A stretch of DNA of 64,000 nucleotides from Vulcanimicrobiota bacterium (lineage in GTDB: Bacteria > Vulcanimicrobiota > Vulcanimicrobiia > Vulcanimicrobiales > Vulcanimicrobiaceae): positions 384,001 through 448,000 of the forward strand of contig CAWCIZ010000003.1 of the NCBI GenBank assembly GCA_963795855.1. Direction: 5' to 3'. The notes under the pieces are model-generated. The model did no database searches. It was not told the DNA's origin and saw only the letters and a program-made list of their open reading frames with translations. The position numbers and the translations under genes were made by a program. Of this stretch, positions 38,451 through 49,237 are shown piece by piece (the stretch's first letter is position 1; the number at the start of each line of letters is the position of its first letter).

Positions 38451-39187
38451 TGGGAAACGAAATCAAAATTCGCGATCTGGTCAAACGGTACGGCGAACGC
38501 GCGGTCGTGAACGGCGTGAGTGCGGAAGTACGGACGGGCGAGATCGTTGGTTTGCTCGGCCCCAACGGCGCCGGCAAGACGACGACGTTTTACATGGTCG
38601 TCGGTCTCGTCAAACCCGACGCGGGCACGGTGCTGCTCGAAACGCCGCAGGGCGAAGTCGATCTCGGATCGGCGCCGATGTACATGCGGTCGCGCCGCGG
38701 CATCGGCTATCTCGCTCAGGAAAATTCGATCTTCCGCAAGCTCTCCGTCGGGGACAACATCCGGCTCATCTGGGAAATGCACGGCGTTCCGCGCGAAGAT
38801 CAGGAGAAGCGCCTGGCGCCGCTGCTCGACGAGTTCGGACTGCTCCAATTTATCAACGCGCGCGGCGACAGCCTATCCGGCGGCGAACGGCGCCGCGTCG
38901 AAATCGCGCGGGCGATCGCTACCGAGCCGGCATTTCTGTTGCTGGACGAACCGTTCACCGGAATCGATCCGATCGCGGTAGCCGACATTCAGGCGATGAT
39001 CCGGCAGTTGCGCGATCGCGGTCTCGGCGTTCTGATCACGGATCACCAAGTTCGCGAGACGCTCGCTATCGTGGACCGAGCGTACATTCTGAACAACGGC
39101 AAGATTGAGGTTTCCGGCACCGCACACGACGTGCTCGAGAGCCCGATCGCGCGCCAGTTCTACCTGGGCGAAGGCTTTCGCTTGTGA
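38450..39187 (+). CDS. lptB: LPS export ABC transporter ATPase
   Basis: GPNGAGKTTTFYMVVGL, GIGYLAQENSIF, LSGGERRRVEIAR, LITDH, FYLGEGFRL. Confidence 0.95.
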   Translation: MGNEIKIRDLVKRYGERAVVNGVSAEVRTGEIVGLLGPNGAGKTTTFYMVVGLVKPDAGTVLLETPQGEVDLGSAPMYMRSRRGIGYLAQENSIFRKLSVGDNIRLIWEMHGVPREDQEKRLAPLLDEFGLLQFINARGDSLSGGERRRVEIARAIATEPAFLLLDEPFTGIDPIAVADIQAMIRQLRDRGLGVLITDHQVRETLAIVDRAYILNNGKIEVSGTAHDVLESPIARQFYLGEGFRL

Positions 39188-40300
39188 GATTTGCGCGTCC
39201 GACGATTCTGGACCGGTATCTGCTCAGCGAACTCGCCGGTCCGTTTCTGTTCGGCCTTTCCGCGTTTACGCTGATCTTCGCCGCAACGCAAATCATTGCG
39301 ATCGGCCGCATCGTCTCCGAAACGCACGCGCCGCTTTGGGCCGCCATCGAAGTCTTTCTTTGGCAGTTGCCCGGAATATTCGTGCTCGCGATTCCGATGG
39401 CGCTGCTGCTCGGTACGCTCCTCGCGATTCAGCGCCTCTCCGGCGAGAGCGAGATCACGGCAATGAAAGCGGGCGGCATAACGTTCCTGCGAATCGTGGC
39501 GCCGCTGCTCATCGCCGGTATCGTGATGTCCTTCGTTACGCTGCTGCTGCAGGAACGGGTCGTGCCGTTCGCGCGCGAGGAAGCCAACATCGTGCAGAAC
39601 ACCGTCATCAACAGGGCCAGCGCATTCGCGAGCAGTTTGAACGTATCGGCGCCGCTCCCCGGCGGCGGTTCGCAAATGACCTTCGCGCGCGCCTGCACCC
39701 AGAACTGCGAGGCGCTTCTGGGCGTGACGCTGGTACAGTACGACCGCGCCGGCAATGCGACGCGTATCGTGCTGGCGGACCGCGCCGTATTCCGTGCGGA
39801 TCAATGGACGCTCGACAACGCGCGGATCTATGAATTTGCGTCGAACGGCGACGGCATGGCCACGAGTTCGACCACGCCCAGCATGCAGGTCGAACTGGGC
39901 GAGAATCCAACCGAGATCGTCAAACGAGCCGTGAACAACAATCCAGACGACATGAACCGCGCGGAAATCGCGCAGATTATTCGAACGGGACAGCTCGTCG
40001 GCGAGCGAGCTGAAGAAATACACGATGGTGTATCAACAGAAGCTCGCCTTGCCGTTTGCATGTTTCGTCTTCACGCTGCTCGCCGTGCCGTACGGAATTC
40101 GCTCCGTGCGCGGAGGCGGCAGCACGAGCCTGGGCTTCGGGCTTGCCGTGCTGATCGTCTTTATCTATTACATCGTCCAGACGGTGTTCTCGTATGTCGG
40201 CGAGGCGTATCTGCAGCTGGCCTTTCTTGCGGCGTGGATGCCGAACATCATCTTCACGATCATCGGCGGCCGCCGTCTCTACCGGGCAGCGATGGTGTAA
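39184..40300 (+). CDS. LptF/LptG family permease (frameshift near 40005)
   Basis: ILDRYLLSEL, RLSGESEITAMKAGG, QKLALPFAC, AAWMPNIIF. Confidence 0.9.
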
Positions 40301-40303
40301 CGG

Positions 40304-41261
40304 ATGAATCTCGTCGACATCCTGCGCGGCACGGGAACTGTGGTGTTCATCGTCGTGCTGGCCGGCGTCATCGCGTACCTGGGCGACCGCGTCGGACATC
40401 AAGTCGGGCGCAAGCGGCTCACGCTGTTCAACATTCGGCCGCGCTACACGTCGACGATCATTGCCGTCGGCACCGGTATGGTGATCGCCCTCATCATCAC
40501 GCTCGTCGCGATTTTCGCCTCGAGTCAGGTGAAGACGGCTTTTTTCCGGCTCAACGAGATCAACGCGGAGATTCAGAAGGCGCAGGCGCGCGCGCAGGAA
40601 CTCGAGCGCAAGGTCACCAGTTCGCCCGTCGTCGTCAATCTGAATCAGCCGATGAGCCCGACGATCGGTCACGTGCCGATCAACGCGCCGGAAGGGCTGC
40701 GGCGCGATGTGGTTCAGGAGTTTTATTCGCAGACTGTGGCATTCGTGAACCGGCAGTGGACGCGGCCGCCGTACAACTTGAAGCGGTTCGTCCCGCCGTC
40801 CAATCTTCAGCAGATTTTGAGCGCGCTTTCGAACAGCCCGCAGATGCAAGCGTGGGTCACGCAAAGCCCCGTGCTGCTCTTTGCGGTCGCGGACCAAAAC
40901 CTGTACCCGGGAGACGCTATTCATTTCGGCGTGACTGCATATCCCGACCGGCTCATCGCGCCGGCGGGCCAGGCCATCGCGTCGCTGATCATTCCAACGA
41001 GCAAAAACGTGAGCGCCGATCTGGCGCTGGAGCAGGCTCAACGGCTACGTCGCGACGCAGATGGCGAGAGCGGGCATGCCGCCGTACTTCGCGGCGGACG
41101 TCAACGCCCAACGTACGCTGCCGACTTTGGCGCAGATGCGGCAAATGGTGCAGTCCGGCAGCGGCACCTACTTGATGACGGCCTTTGCGGCGGTAGACAT
41201 CTACCCGCACACGTTTAACGTGCCGGTCGTCGTCACGCTCCAGAAGGCTCCGGGCCAGTGA
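40304..41261 (+). CDS. DUF3084-like membrane-anchored protein (frameshift near 41040)
   Basis: GVIAYLGDRVGHQVGRKRLTLFNIRPRYTS N-terminal signature; typical position after lptF/G. Confidence 0.78.
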
Positions 41262-41674
41262 GTCCGGTTCTCGGCATCGATCCCGGAACGCGCAAAGTCG
41301 GCTTTGCGCTGGTCGACGACGAGTGCTCGCCGGCGCTGGCTCGCGGAATCGAGCCGGTCGACACGCTGTTGGAACGCGTCGCGCCCCTGCTGGAAATACA
41401 CCCGATTTCCGCGGTCGCGTTGGGCGGGGGTACCAATGCCGAACGGGTGGCACGCATGCTGCAGGAGCTCGGGGTGCCGGTGCACGTCATCGACGAAACC
41501 GACACGACCTACCGCGCCCGAGCGTTATACTTTGAGGAGCACCCGCCTCGGGGATGGCGGCGATTGCTTCCGCTTGGGCTGCAGTTGCCTCCCGGGCCCA
41601 TAGACGATTATGCCGCAATGCTCATAGCAAGGCGCTATATCGCCCAGGGAGCGGAGCCGCAGAGCGGGGTATGA
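41258..41674 (+). CDS. YqgF/RuvX-like RNase H-fold protein
   Basis: VLGIDPGTRKVG, GGGT, DETDTT, IDDYAA. Confidence 0.8.
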   Translation: MSPVLGIDPGTRKVGFALVDDECSPALARGIEPVDTLLERVAPLLEIHPISAVALGGGTNAERVARMLQELGVPVHVIDETDTTYRARALYFEEHPPRGWRRLLPLGLQLPPGPIDDYAAMLIARRYIAQGAEPQSGV

Positions 41675-41737
41675 AACTGTAGGGCCGTCCGGCCGATACT
41701 AAGAAGTGCAAAGACTCCGCGGGAATCAGAGGAAGAC

Positions 41738-42847
41738 ATGCCAAGGTTCGCTCGTGTCGCCGCAGTAGTAGCGCTCGCAACCGCGCTGTACTGCCGCGCG
41801 TACGCGGCGTCCGCGCCGATCGCGAATCTCGACGGTGCGCGCATGTTCAATCCCGCATCGGAATCGCTGCTGGCGAATCTCTTCACTCCCGTCAGAACGC
41901 TCTCGCCGATCGCCGTCGCGTTGTTCCACGAACCGAACGCGATCGATCTTCCCGCGCTGCCGCCCCCACCCGAAACCGCGAGCGGCACCGGCACCGTCGC
42001 AGCCATCGACCTGCAGGCGTATACGGCGCCGGTCAGACTGCCGTCGCATCCGCTGGATCGACCATCGATAACGCCCGTCGCACCCGTGCAGCGCGCGCAG
42101 CTCGCGCAGCCGCACGTGCGCCTTGAAACGCCGCAAACGCAGGTCCGGTTCGGCAGCTACGCGCCGTACGCGCCGGCGCTGCAAAGCGTCAGCGAAAACG
42201 TGCAGGTGCCCGTGCGCATCGGCGGCGTGCGTTTCTCCGGGCTGCTCAGCGGAGCGCAGGCGCAAACCGGAGGCGCAGATTCCGTTCGCGCGATGCAACT
42301 CTGCGGTACGACGGACGAAGCCGCCGCGTGTCCGTACTTGCACGACGAGCACGCGCAAGCGTTCGCCGCAGGTACCGACTTCAACGTGCGCGCCGGCAAC
42401 ACGCAGGTGAATCTGCAGCTCTCGGGCACCGTCTCGCAAATAACGAATCGCGACGCGATGTACGAATATACGCCGCTGGATCCGGACACGAACCTAGATG
42501 CAGTGCACGCGGGTACTCCGGCGGACACATCGCTGCTCTATTATCCTGGGCTCACGGAGGTCGTGCGTCACGGGCTGAACGCGCGCGTCGCCGTGCCGGT
42601 CTCGCCGTCCGTCACCCTGGGGCTTCAATACGACACGTCGCACTATCAAGGTAATTACGGCCAGCTGCTCGCACCCGGACTCGACGCGCGCAAGGACACG
42701 TATCTCGGCAACGTAACGTATCAACTTCCGAACTCGTCGAGCTTGCTCACGCTTTCCGCGCGGCAATATCGTTATCAGGATTCGTTCGCCCCGAACTTCA
42801 ATTTGACCGAAACCCGAGCCGACCTCAGTTTCACGGTGAAATTCTGA
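41738..42847 (+). CDS. Secreted protein, possible outer-membrane beta-barrel with Pro-rich N-terminal region
   Basis: Signal peptide (AYA), alternating beta-strand pattern in the C-terminal half, terminal ADLSFTVKF. Confidence 0.6.
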   Translation: MPRFARVAAVVALATALYCRAYAASAPIANLDGARMFNPASESLLANLFTPVRTLSPIAVALFHEPNAIDLPALPPPPETASGTGTVAAIDLQAYTAPVRLPSHPLDRPSITPVAPVQRAQLAQPHVRLETPQTQVRFGSYAPYAPALQSVSENVQVPVRIGGVRFSGLLSGAQAQTGGADSVRAMQLCGTTDEAAACPYLHDEHAQAFAAGTDFNVRAGNTQVNLQLSGTVSQITNRDAMYEYTPLDPDTNLDAVHAGTPADTSLLYYPGLTEVVRHGLNARVAVPVSPSVTLGLQYDTSHYQGNYGQLLAPGLDARKDTYLGNVTYQLPNSSSLLTLSARQYRYQDSFAPNFNLTETRADLSFTVKF

Positions 42848-42870
42848 CCGACGCCTCTCGTCGGTCATGG

Positions 42871-43692
42871 GTGAACCGCGTCCTTCTAGCTTTCGCCATC
42901 ATCGTCGTAGTTGCGCTCGCTGCCGTGCAGTTCGCGTCGGATGGCGTTTTCTCGCGGGCAGGGGAACCTGTTTCACTTCCAGCGCACATTCCGGCGCCTC
43001 TCGGCGTGGAGATCTATCGCCGCATCGCGCGTATCTCGCGCGCGCCTTATGCCGATTCTATGCTCGCGCGAGCCGCGCTCGATCGCGGCGACATTTCAGC
43101 CGCGCGCCGCTATGCGGAGCGATTACCCGAATCGGCGACGCGCGACGACTTGCTGGGCAGTATTTCTCTCGCGCGCGGCGACGTGCGCGCCGCCCGGCAG
43201 TATTACGTGCGCGCGGGTGACGTCGAGGCGATCGCACGCGTAGTCGACGCGCTCGGGAAGAGCGACCCGGCCTCTGCGTACGCTTTGGAACTCGCCCTGA
43301 TCCGGCGCTTACAGCAGACCGGAACGCATCCCGACGCCGTCGCGGAAGGCTACTGGCAGCTTGGCGTGCTTGCGTCGCGCGAGGCGAAACCCAAGGTCAG
43401 CCTGCGAGACTACGAGACCGCCGTTGCGCTCTCGCCGCTTTCGGAGAAATACTCGCTGTCGGCCGGCTATGCGGCCTACGACATGGGAGCGTACGCGGCT
43501 GCGCTGCGGCATTTTGCTCGCGTACTCAGCGTCGATCCGGCCAGTGCCGACGCATATGCGGGCGAAGGCATGGTGGCGTTTCATGAAGGCGATCGCGCGC
43601 GCGCCGCGCAGTTCGCACAGCGCGCTCGATCGATCGATCCGCACGCGCATTCGCTCGCAACGCTCCAATCGTATCTGAACGCGAAGCCGTGA
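42871..43692 (+). CDS. Membrane-anchored TPR-repeat protein
   Basis: N-terminal TM; helical repeats YWQLG, YETAVALSP, VLSVDP..ADAYAGEG. Confidence 0.72.
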   Translation: MNRVLLAFAIIVVVALAAVQFASDGVFSRAGEPVSLPAHIPAPLGVEIYRRIARISRAPYADSMLARAALDRGDISAARRYAERLPESATRDDLLGSISLARGDVRAARQYYVRAGDVEAIARVVDALGKSDPASAYALELALIRRLQQTGTHPDAVAEGYWQLGVLASREAKPKVSLRDYETAVALSPLSEKYSLSAGYAAYDMGAYAAALRHFARVLSVDPASADAYAGEGMVAFHEGDRARAAQFAQRARSIDPHAHSLATLQSYLNAKP

Positions 43693-44727
43693 TCGTCGCG
43701 CTCGACATGCAGCTGTCGGTTGGTAATGCGACCGGCATCGGCGAGTACGTCGGCGGCCTGGCTCCCGCGCTTCGCTCGTGCGGCGTCGGCGTCGTCGAAT
43801 TGTTCGAACCGAAATTCGATCCGTGGCGCTTCGACCGGCGCCTGCTTTGGGATCAGGTCTTGCTTCCGCGCCGAGCGCGCATTAGCGGTGCGGACCTTCT
43901 TCACTGCGCTTCCGGCACGATGCCGGTGCGCAGCCCGCTGCCCGCGGTCGTCACGGTCCACGACGTCGCGTGGCTGAAAGTGCAGCGGCACACGCGTCCG
44001 TATGCGCGCTACTATTTCGGGTCCTTCGCGCTGCGGCGCTACGCTCGCGCAGCGGCCATCATCGTCGACTCGGAGTTTTCGCGCAGCGAGTCTGCTCGAG
44101 GTTTTGAACGTGCCGGCGGAGCGCGTTTACGTCGTCTACCCCGGCGTTTCCGCGGACTATTGCAGGCTCGTGCGGCGGCCCGGCGGCGCCCGGACCATTC
44201 TCGTTCCGGGAACCGTCGAACGCCGGAAGAATTTGGAAGTGCTGATTCGAGCGCTGCCGCTCCTTCCGGACGACGTGCGTCTGGTTTCCGTCGGACCCGC
44301 CACACCGTATCGCGCGGAATGCGAGCGTTTCGCGCGCAATGCCGGCGTGGCCGACCGCGTCGAATTTCGCGGCTACGTCGATCGCACGCGCCTGCTCGAA
44401 TTGTACGCAACCTGCGCGATGGTTGCGGTGCCGTCGCGCTACGAAGGGTTCGGATACGCTGCGGCTCAGGCGGTGTGCGCGGCGACTCCGGTCATCGTTT
44501 CGAGTGCGGCCTCGCTGCCCGAAGTTACCGGCGATACCGCTCAGCACGTCGAGCCGGAAGACGAACACGCGTGGGCGCGCGCGATTGCAGCGCTTTTGCG
44601 CGATGCGGATGCCCGCAATGCGCGAGCCGCGGCCGCGCGTGAGGCGGCAGTCGTCCGCTTCTCTTGGGATGCGGCGGCACGCGCAACGCGCGGGGTCTAT
44701 GAAACCGCACTCCGAAGTTCGCGATAG
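43689..44727 (+). CDS. Family 4 glycosyltransferase (frameshift near 44090)
   Basis: TGIGEY, VVTVHDV, GTVERRKN, PSRYEGFG, SLPEV, FSWD. Confidence 0.88.
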
Positions 44728-44735
44728 GAGGGATT

Positions 44736-45857
44736 ATGGCTGACTCACCGGTGCCCGTGCAGCCGGAAGGCGCCGCCGTGCCGCTCGGCGCGGACGAGCA
44801 GCGTAAGCTCGACGCGCAAGTCCAAGGGTACGTGGGCGATCTTGCGGTGCTCGACGCGCACGGCGACGATTTCAAAACGCGAATCCAAGCACTCGAGCAA
44901 CTCGGCAACGCGGAGATTACGCAATCTGCGAGCGTCGCAAACCGTTTGCTCGACCGTCCGCTTCGCGCCTTACGCAATCCCGGTTCGCAGTCCGCCGACG
45001 TATCAAACGGGCTGAGCGATTTGCGCGCGACGGTTGAATCGCTCGATCCGTCCAAGGCGGAATTGCTCAAACCGCGGCGTCTGCTCGGCGTTATTCCGTT
45101 CGGCAACCGGCTGCGCCGGTATTTCGATCGGTATCAGTCCTCGCAAAGCCATCTCAACGCAATCATCGAAACGCTCTATCGCGGGAAAGATGAACTGCTG
45201 CGGGACAACGCCGCAATCGAAGAGCAAAAGACGCAGATGTGGTCGCTGATGCAGAAGACCGAAGCGATGATCTATCTCTGCAAAAAGATCGACGCCGAAT
45301 TGTCGGCGAAGGTCGCGCAGCTGGAGACCGAAGACCCCGAGCGGGCGAAGGTCGTCAAAGAATCCGCGTTATTTCCGGTGCGTCAGAAGAGCGTCGATCT
45401 GCTCACGCAAATGGCCGTAAACGTTCAAGGTTATCAGGCCCTCGATCTCATCAAACGCAACAACGCGGAACTCGTCAAGGGCGTCGACCGCGCGACGACC
45501 ACGACGGTGAGCGCGTTACGCACGGCGGTCGCCGTCGCGCAGGCGCTGACGAGCCAGCGTTTGGTGCTGGGTCAGATATCCGCGCTGGGCGCCACGACTT
45601 CCACGATGATCGAATCGACCTCGCAAATGCTCGGCGAGCAGGGCGTATCAATTTATAAGCAAGCCGCGGAGCCGACCATACAAATCGAGCAACTGCATCG
45701 CGCGTTCGAAAACGTGTATGCGGCAATGGATGCCGTCGACGAATACAAAAGCAAGGCCGCGGATAGCCTCGCGCAAACCGCTTCGGCGCTGGAAAGCGAA
45801 GTCGGCAAAGCGAAGGCGTATCTCTCGCGGTCCGGCGCGCCGCAGCTGCCGCGCTGA
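44736..45857 (+). CDS. Toxic anion resistance protein (TelA/KlaB family)
   Basis: YFDRYQSSQSHLNAII..L..GKDELLRDN, NNAELVKGVDRATTTT. Confidence 0.88.
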   Translation: MADSPVPVQPEGAAVPLGADEQRKLDAQVQGYVGDLAVLDAHGDDFKTRIQALEQLGNAEITQSASVANRLLDRPLRALRNPGSQSADVSNGLSDLRATVESLDPSKAELLKPRRLLGVIPFGNRLRRYFDRYQSSQSHLNAIIETLYRGKDELLRDNAAIEEQKTQMWSLMQKTEAMIYLCKKIDAELSAKVAQLETEDPERAKVVKESALFPVRQKSVDLLTQMAVNVQGYQALDLIKRNNAELVKGVDRATTTTVSALRTAVAVAQALTSQRLVLGQISALGATTSTMIESTSQMLGEQGVSIYKQAAEPTIQIEQLHRAFENVYAAMDAVDEYKSKAADSLAQTASALESEVGKAKAYLSRSGAPQLPR

Positions 45858-45859
45858 GC

Positions 45860-46624
45860 ATGCCGATACCCGCGCAAGCGCAAGCGAGTGTCGATCGGAT
45901 CCTCGCGCTGCTCGACGAAGCGGAAGCGCTGGAAGTGGATCGCGCGCCCGGTGAGGATGCGTACATGCTGCGCATGACGCGCGAGCGGTATCTGCCCGAG
46001 ACGCTGGACGCGTACGCACGCGTTCCGGCGGCGCTCACCGCGACTCCGGACGCCGCAACGGGGCGCACGCCGGACGATCACCTTGCCGAGCAACTCGCCA
46101 TTCTCGAACGCGCAACGGCGCAACGGCTGATGCGGCTTGCGGAACAGGGCCGAAGCGCGCTTTCCGAAAATGGGCGATTCTTGATCGATCGGTTGGGGCC
46201 GTTGGAGTCACTTCCCGAAGCGGCGGTGCTCGAAACGCGAAGCACCGGCGCGAGTGCGCGGCGATTTGCCGAAAGCCTTGCTGCCGGCGCGCGCCGCAAT
46301 CGCGATCTCGTAAACGCGGTAGCCGCGAAGCTCTACGATGCGTTTCCGCTCCTGACCGAAGTCGATCGAGGTATGTTCGGCACGGGGCCCGCGAAACGCA
46401 TCGCTATTACGGTTCCGCTCGGTAACGATCGGTTGCGCTACGCGGTGGAACTCGGCCGAAGCGGTGACGTTGCAACGACGTGCTCGAAAATCGTGCGCGG
46501 GGTCACGATCCGCAGCGAACAAGTTCCATTCGAAGAATGGGCGCGAGCATTGTACGAAGACTTGAGCGCCTACGCGCGCAGCAGCACGCAGGCGCAGGAG
46601 ATGCTGCAGCATCTCGTCCGCTGA
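45860..46624 (+). CDS. Hypothetical two-domain protein, probable TelA partner
   Basis: Tight spacing between telA and the YbjQ gene; helical N-half (YLPETLDAY) and alpha/beta C-half. Confidence 0.7.
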   Translation: MPIPAQAQASVDRILALLDEAEALEVDRAPGEDAYMLRMTRERYLPETLDAYARVPAALTATPDAATGRTPDDHLAEQLAILERATAQRLMRLAEQGRSALSENGRFLIDRLGPLESLPEAAVLETRSTGASARRFAESLAAGARRNRDLVNAVAAKLYDAFPLLTEVDRGMFGTGPAKRIAITVPLGNDRLRYAVELGRSGDVATTCSKIVRGVTIRSEQVPFEEWARALYEDLSAYARSSTQAQEMLQHLVR

Positions 46625-46638
46625 CGAAAGGTGACGAT

Positions 46639-47529
46639 ATGAGTTTCTTCGGATTCGGTTCCGGCCCACGCGCTCCGCAAGCCCCTGCCGGCACGCCCGG
46701 AGCGCCGCCCGCGGTGACGCAAGGCGGCGTTCCGCAGGACGCGATCGCGCGTTTACGCCGCATGTCCGGAGACGGCGGGAAGCCGCTCTTTACGAGCGAT
46801 CTCTCCGTCAGCGAGTTCGTGCTGCTCGAACAACTCGGCGTTAAGCCGATCGGCATGGTCCTCGGCAGTTCGATTTACCACGTCGGAATACAGTACGGCA
46901 ATTGGTATCAGAACCAGGAACTCGCTTATCTGAGCCAAGCCATGTATCACGCGCGCGAACTGGCGATGTCCCGCATGGAGGAAGAAGCGACGGTGCTCGG
47001 CGCCGACGGCATCGTGGGCGTGCGGTTGAACGTGAACGCGTACTCGTGGGCAGAGGGCGCGCTCGAATTCACCGCGATCGGCACCGCAATCAAAGCGCGT
47101 GAAGGCGAGCGCTATCGCACGATGCACGGGCGCCCGTTCACAAGCGATTTGAGCGCCCAGGATTTCTACAAACTCTTTCAATCGGGGTACATTCCGGCCG
47201 AACTGGTCCTGGGCAATTGCGTGTACCACGTCGCACATCAAGGCTTTCTGCAGCAGCTGCGCACCGTCGGGGTGAACGTCGAGCTCACCAACTACACCGA
47301 AGCGATCTACGATGCGCGCGAACTCGCCATGAGCCGCTTGCAGGCCGAAGCGGAAGCGCACGGCGCCGAGGGCATCATCGGCATGCGCATCACGGAGCAG
47401 AGTTGGATTTGGCAGCCGCACGTCATCGAGTTCATGGCGATCGGAACGTCGATCGTGCGGCGTCCCGGCTACGCAGGCGACGGCACGTTGCCGGAAGCGC
47501 CGAAGTTCACGGTCTCGATGGACGATTGA
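46639..47529 (+). CDS. Tandem YbjQ/UPF0145 (putative heavy-metal-binding) domain protein
   Basis: Duplicated FTSDLS...LG..YH...ARELAMSR...GA(D/E)GI(V/I)G...EFxAIGT. Confidence 0.85.
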   Translation: MSFFGFGSGPRAPQAPAGTPGAPPAVTQGGVPQDAIARLRRMSGDGGKPLFTSDLSVSEFVLLEQLGVKPIGMVLGSSIYHVGIQYGNWYQNQELAYLSQAMYHARELAMSRMEEEATVLGADGIVGVRLNVNAYSWAEGALEFTAIGTAIKAREGERYRTMHGRPFTSDLSAQDFYKLFQSGYIPAELVLGNCVYHVAHQGFLQQLRTVGVNVELTNYTEAIYDARELAMSRLQAEAEAHGAEGIIGMRITEQSWIWQPHVIEFMAIGTSIVRRPGYAGDGTLPEAPKFTVSMDD

Positions 47530-47549
47530 ACCGCTGCCGCCGTCTACAT

Positions 47550-49234
47550 CTAGTAAATCGGCGAGCCGGGGGCGCCGGGCGCGACGCTGCCGTCGTCCGG
47601 TGCGAAGATGAGTCGTAACGGATAACTCGAGCCGCTGTCCGGAATCGTTTCGATCGTTATGCGTACGAACCCGCGAGCCGGCACGACGTACTGCCGGAGT
47701 TTGAAGCGTGAAAACGGCGGCACTTGATGCGACTGGATCAGCACGCCGTCGATCAGGTACGTCCCAGTCGCACGGCCCCCGCGCGGGTTTTCATAGATAG
47801 CGATCGGCTGCGGCTGCGCCGTCGGATTCTGCACCTTGATGACGAAGGATTGCAGCACGCCGTAATCGCCCGCGAGCGCTTCCCCTTGCATCAGATTGGG
47901 CAGCGGAATATGCCCGATGTCGAGTTGGAGAAATTCGTCCGTCGTGTTCCACAGCGTGCTGTAATGAAATTCCGGTATTTTATACACGCCGCGGGCGTGC
48001 GGGTGATCGCCGCCGAGCAGTTCGGTGCTCGAAAGCGCCTCCTGCGGCGAGTCGTCCGCATTCTGCGCGAACAGCGTGAGATGCACGGTGCTGCCGTTCA
48101 GCACGCGCAGTTGCAGTAAGTTGCAAACGATGTTTTTCGCCGGAAGCGCCTGCTCCGCCAAATTCAGCGTGCCGTTGCCGGGAATGACGATGACGCGGCC
48201 TTCGTTCTGAACCAGACGCTTCAGAAATTCGTACGTCGCGGTGTGGCCCGCGAGCATTTCGTTCGGATCCGGGCCGCCCGCGCCGCTGATGAATTGCACG
48301 ATCGCCGGCTCGGACGACGTGTTCTGCGCGCGGAGCACGACGCGGCGGTTCGGCTCTCCCGCCGGATTGTAGTGGAAATACAGAAAGCGCGTCGGCAGCG
48401 TGCGCTTGAGGTCGCTTGCGAAGAGCACGCCGTTTTCCGTGAGCCGTTCCGGATAGTCGCTGACTGTCAGCGAGTCGGGCGTGATCTTCGGCGCCGCCAT
48501 GTTTTCGACGCGTACGTGCGTCGTCGCATCGACGCTGAAGTACTCTTCGCCCTGGATGAGTACGGGAACGTTTACCGTAGTCACGTCGTCTTGCGCGAGC
48601 GGCTGCGAGAGTTGAACTTCGTCCGGCGATGCGACGATCTGCGCGCCCGGCCGCGCCTGGGCAAGCGCTATCGCGGCGGCCACTGCTTCTTGCTTGACGA
48701 AACTGGGGCTCGCCGGATCGCCGGTGATGCGAATGGATACGTTCTCGCCCACCGTTCCGGCAGGATACGCGACGCGCACCGGTACGACCGCCGACATGCC
48801 GCGCTGATCGGTGATTCCGACGGCCGTCGCGCCGGGCGATTTGCCGGTGAGCGTGACGGTTTCGTTCGTTTGATCGACCGCGGCGTCGACGATCGCGGGA
48901 TTGAGCACGTTGACCGTCATCCGCCCGTAAACGGAGGACACGCGCAGCACCTGCGTCGCCCGACCGGAACGGCTGCCGCGGCGGGCTGCACCGTGATGGG
49001 CGGCGGCGTCGGCGTTGCCGTGGGCGTTGGCGTGGGAGTTGCGGGGATCCCTGGCGGAGCGGGCGATTGGCCTGGCGCAAGCGAGGCTGCGGGCGAAGCC
49101 GACGGAGTCGCCGTGACCGGCGCATTCGTCGCTCCGGGAGCGGGCGGGTTGACCTGGGCGCGCGGCACGGCTACGGACGCGATTACGCATCCGGCAAGCA
49201 GCGCTGCGGTAAACAGGGAAGAGCGCCGCGTCAC
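47550..49234 (-). CDS. Secreted protein with Pro/Thr/Ala linker, Ig-like domain and unknown C-terminal domain (frameshift near 48955)
   Basis: Signal peptide in ORF 48917..49234 joined to ORF 47550..49535; VTLTGKSPGATAVGITD Ig-like pattern; VSDYPE motif. Confidence 0.65.
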
Positions 49235-49237
49235 GCG

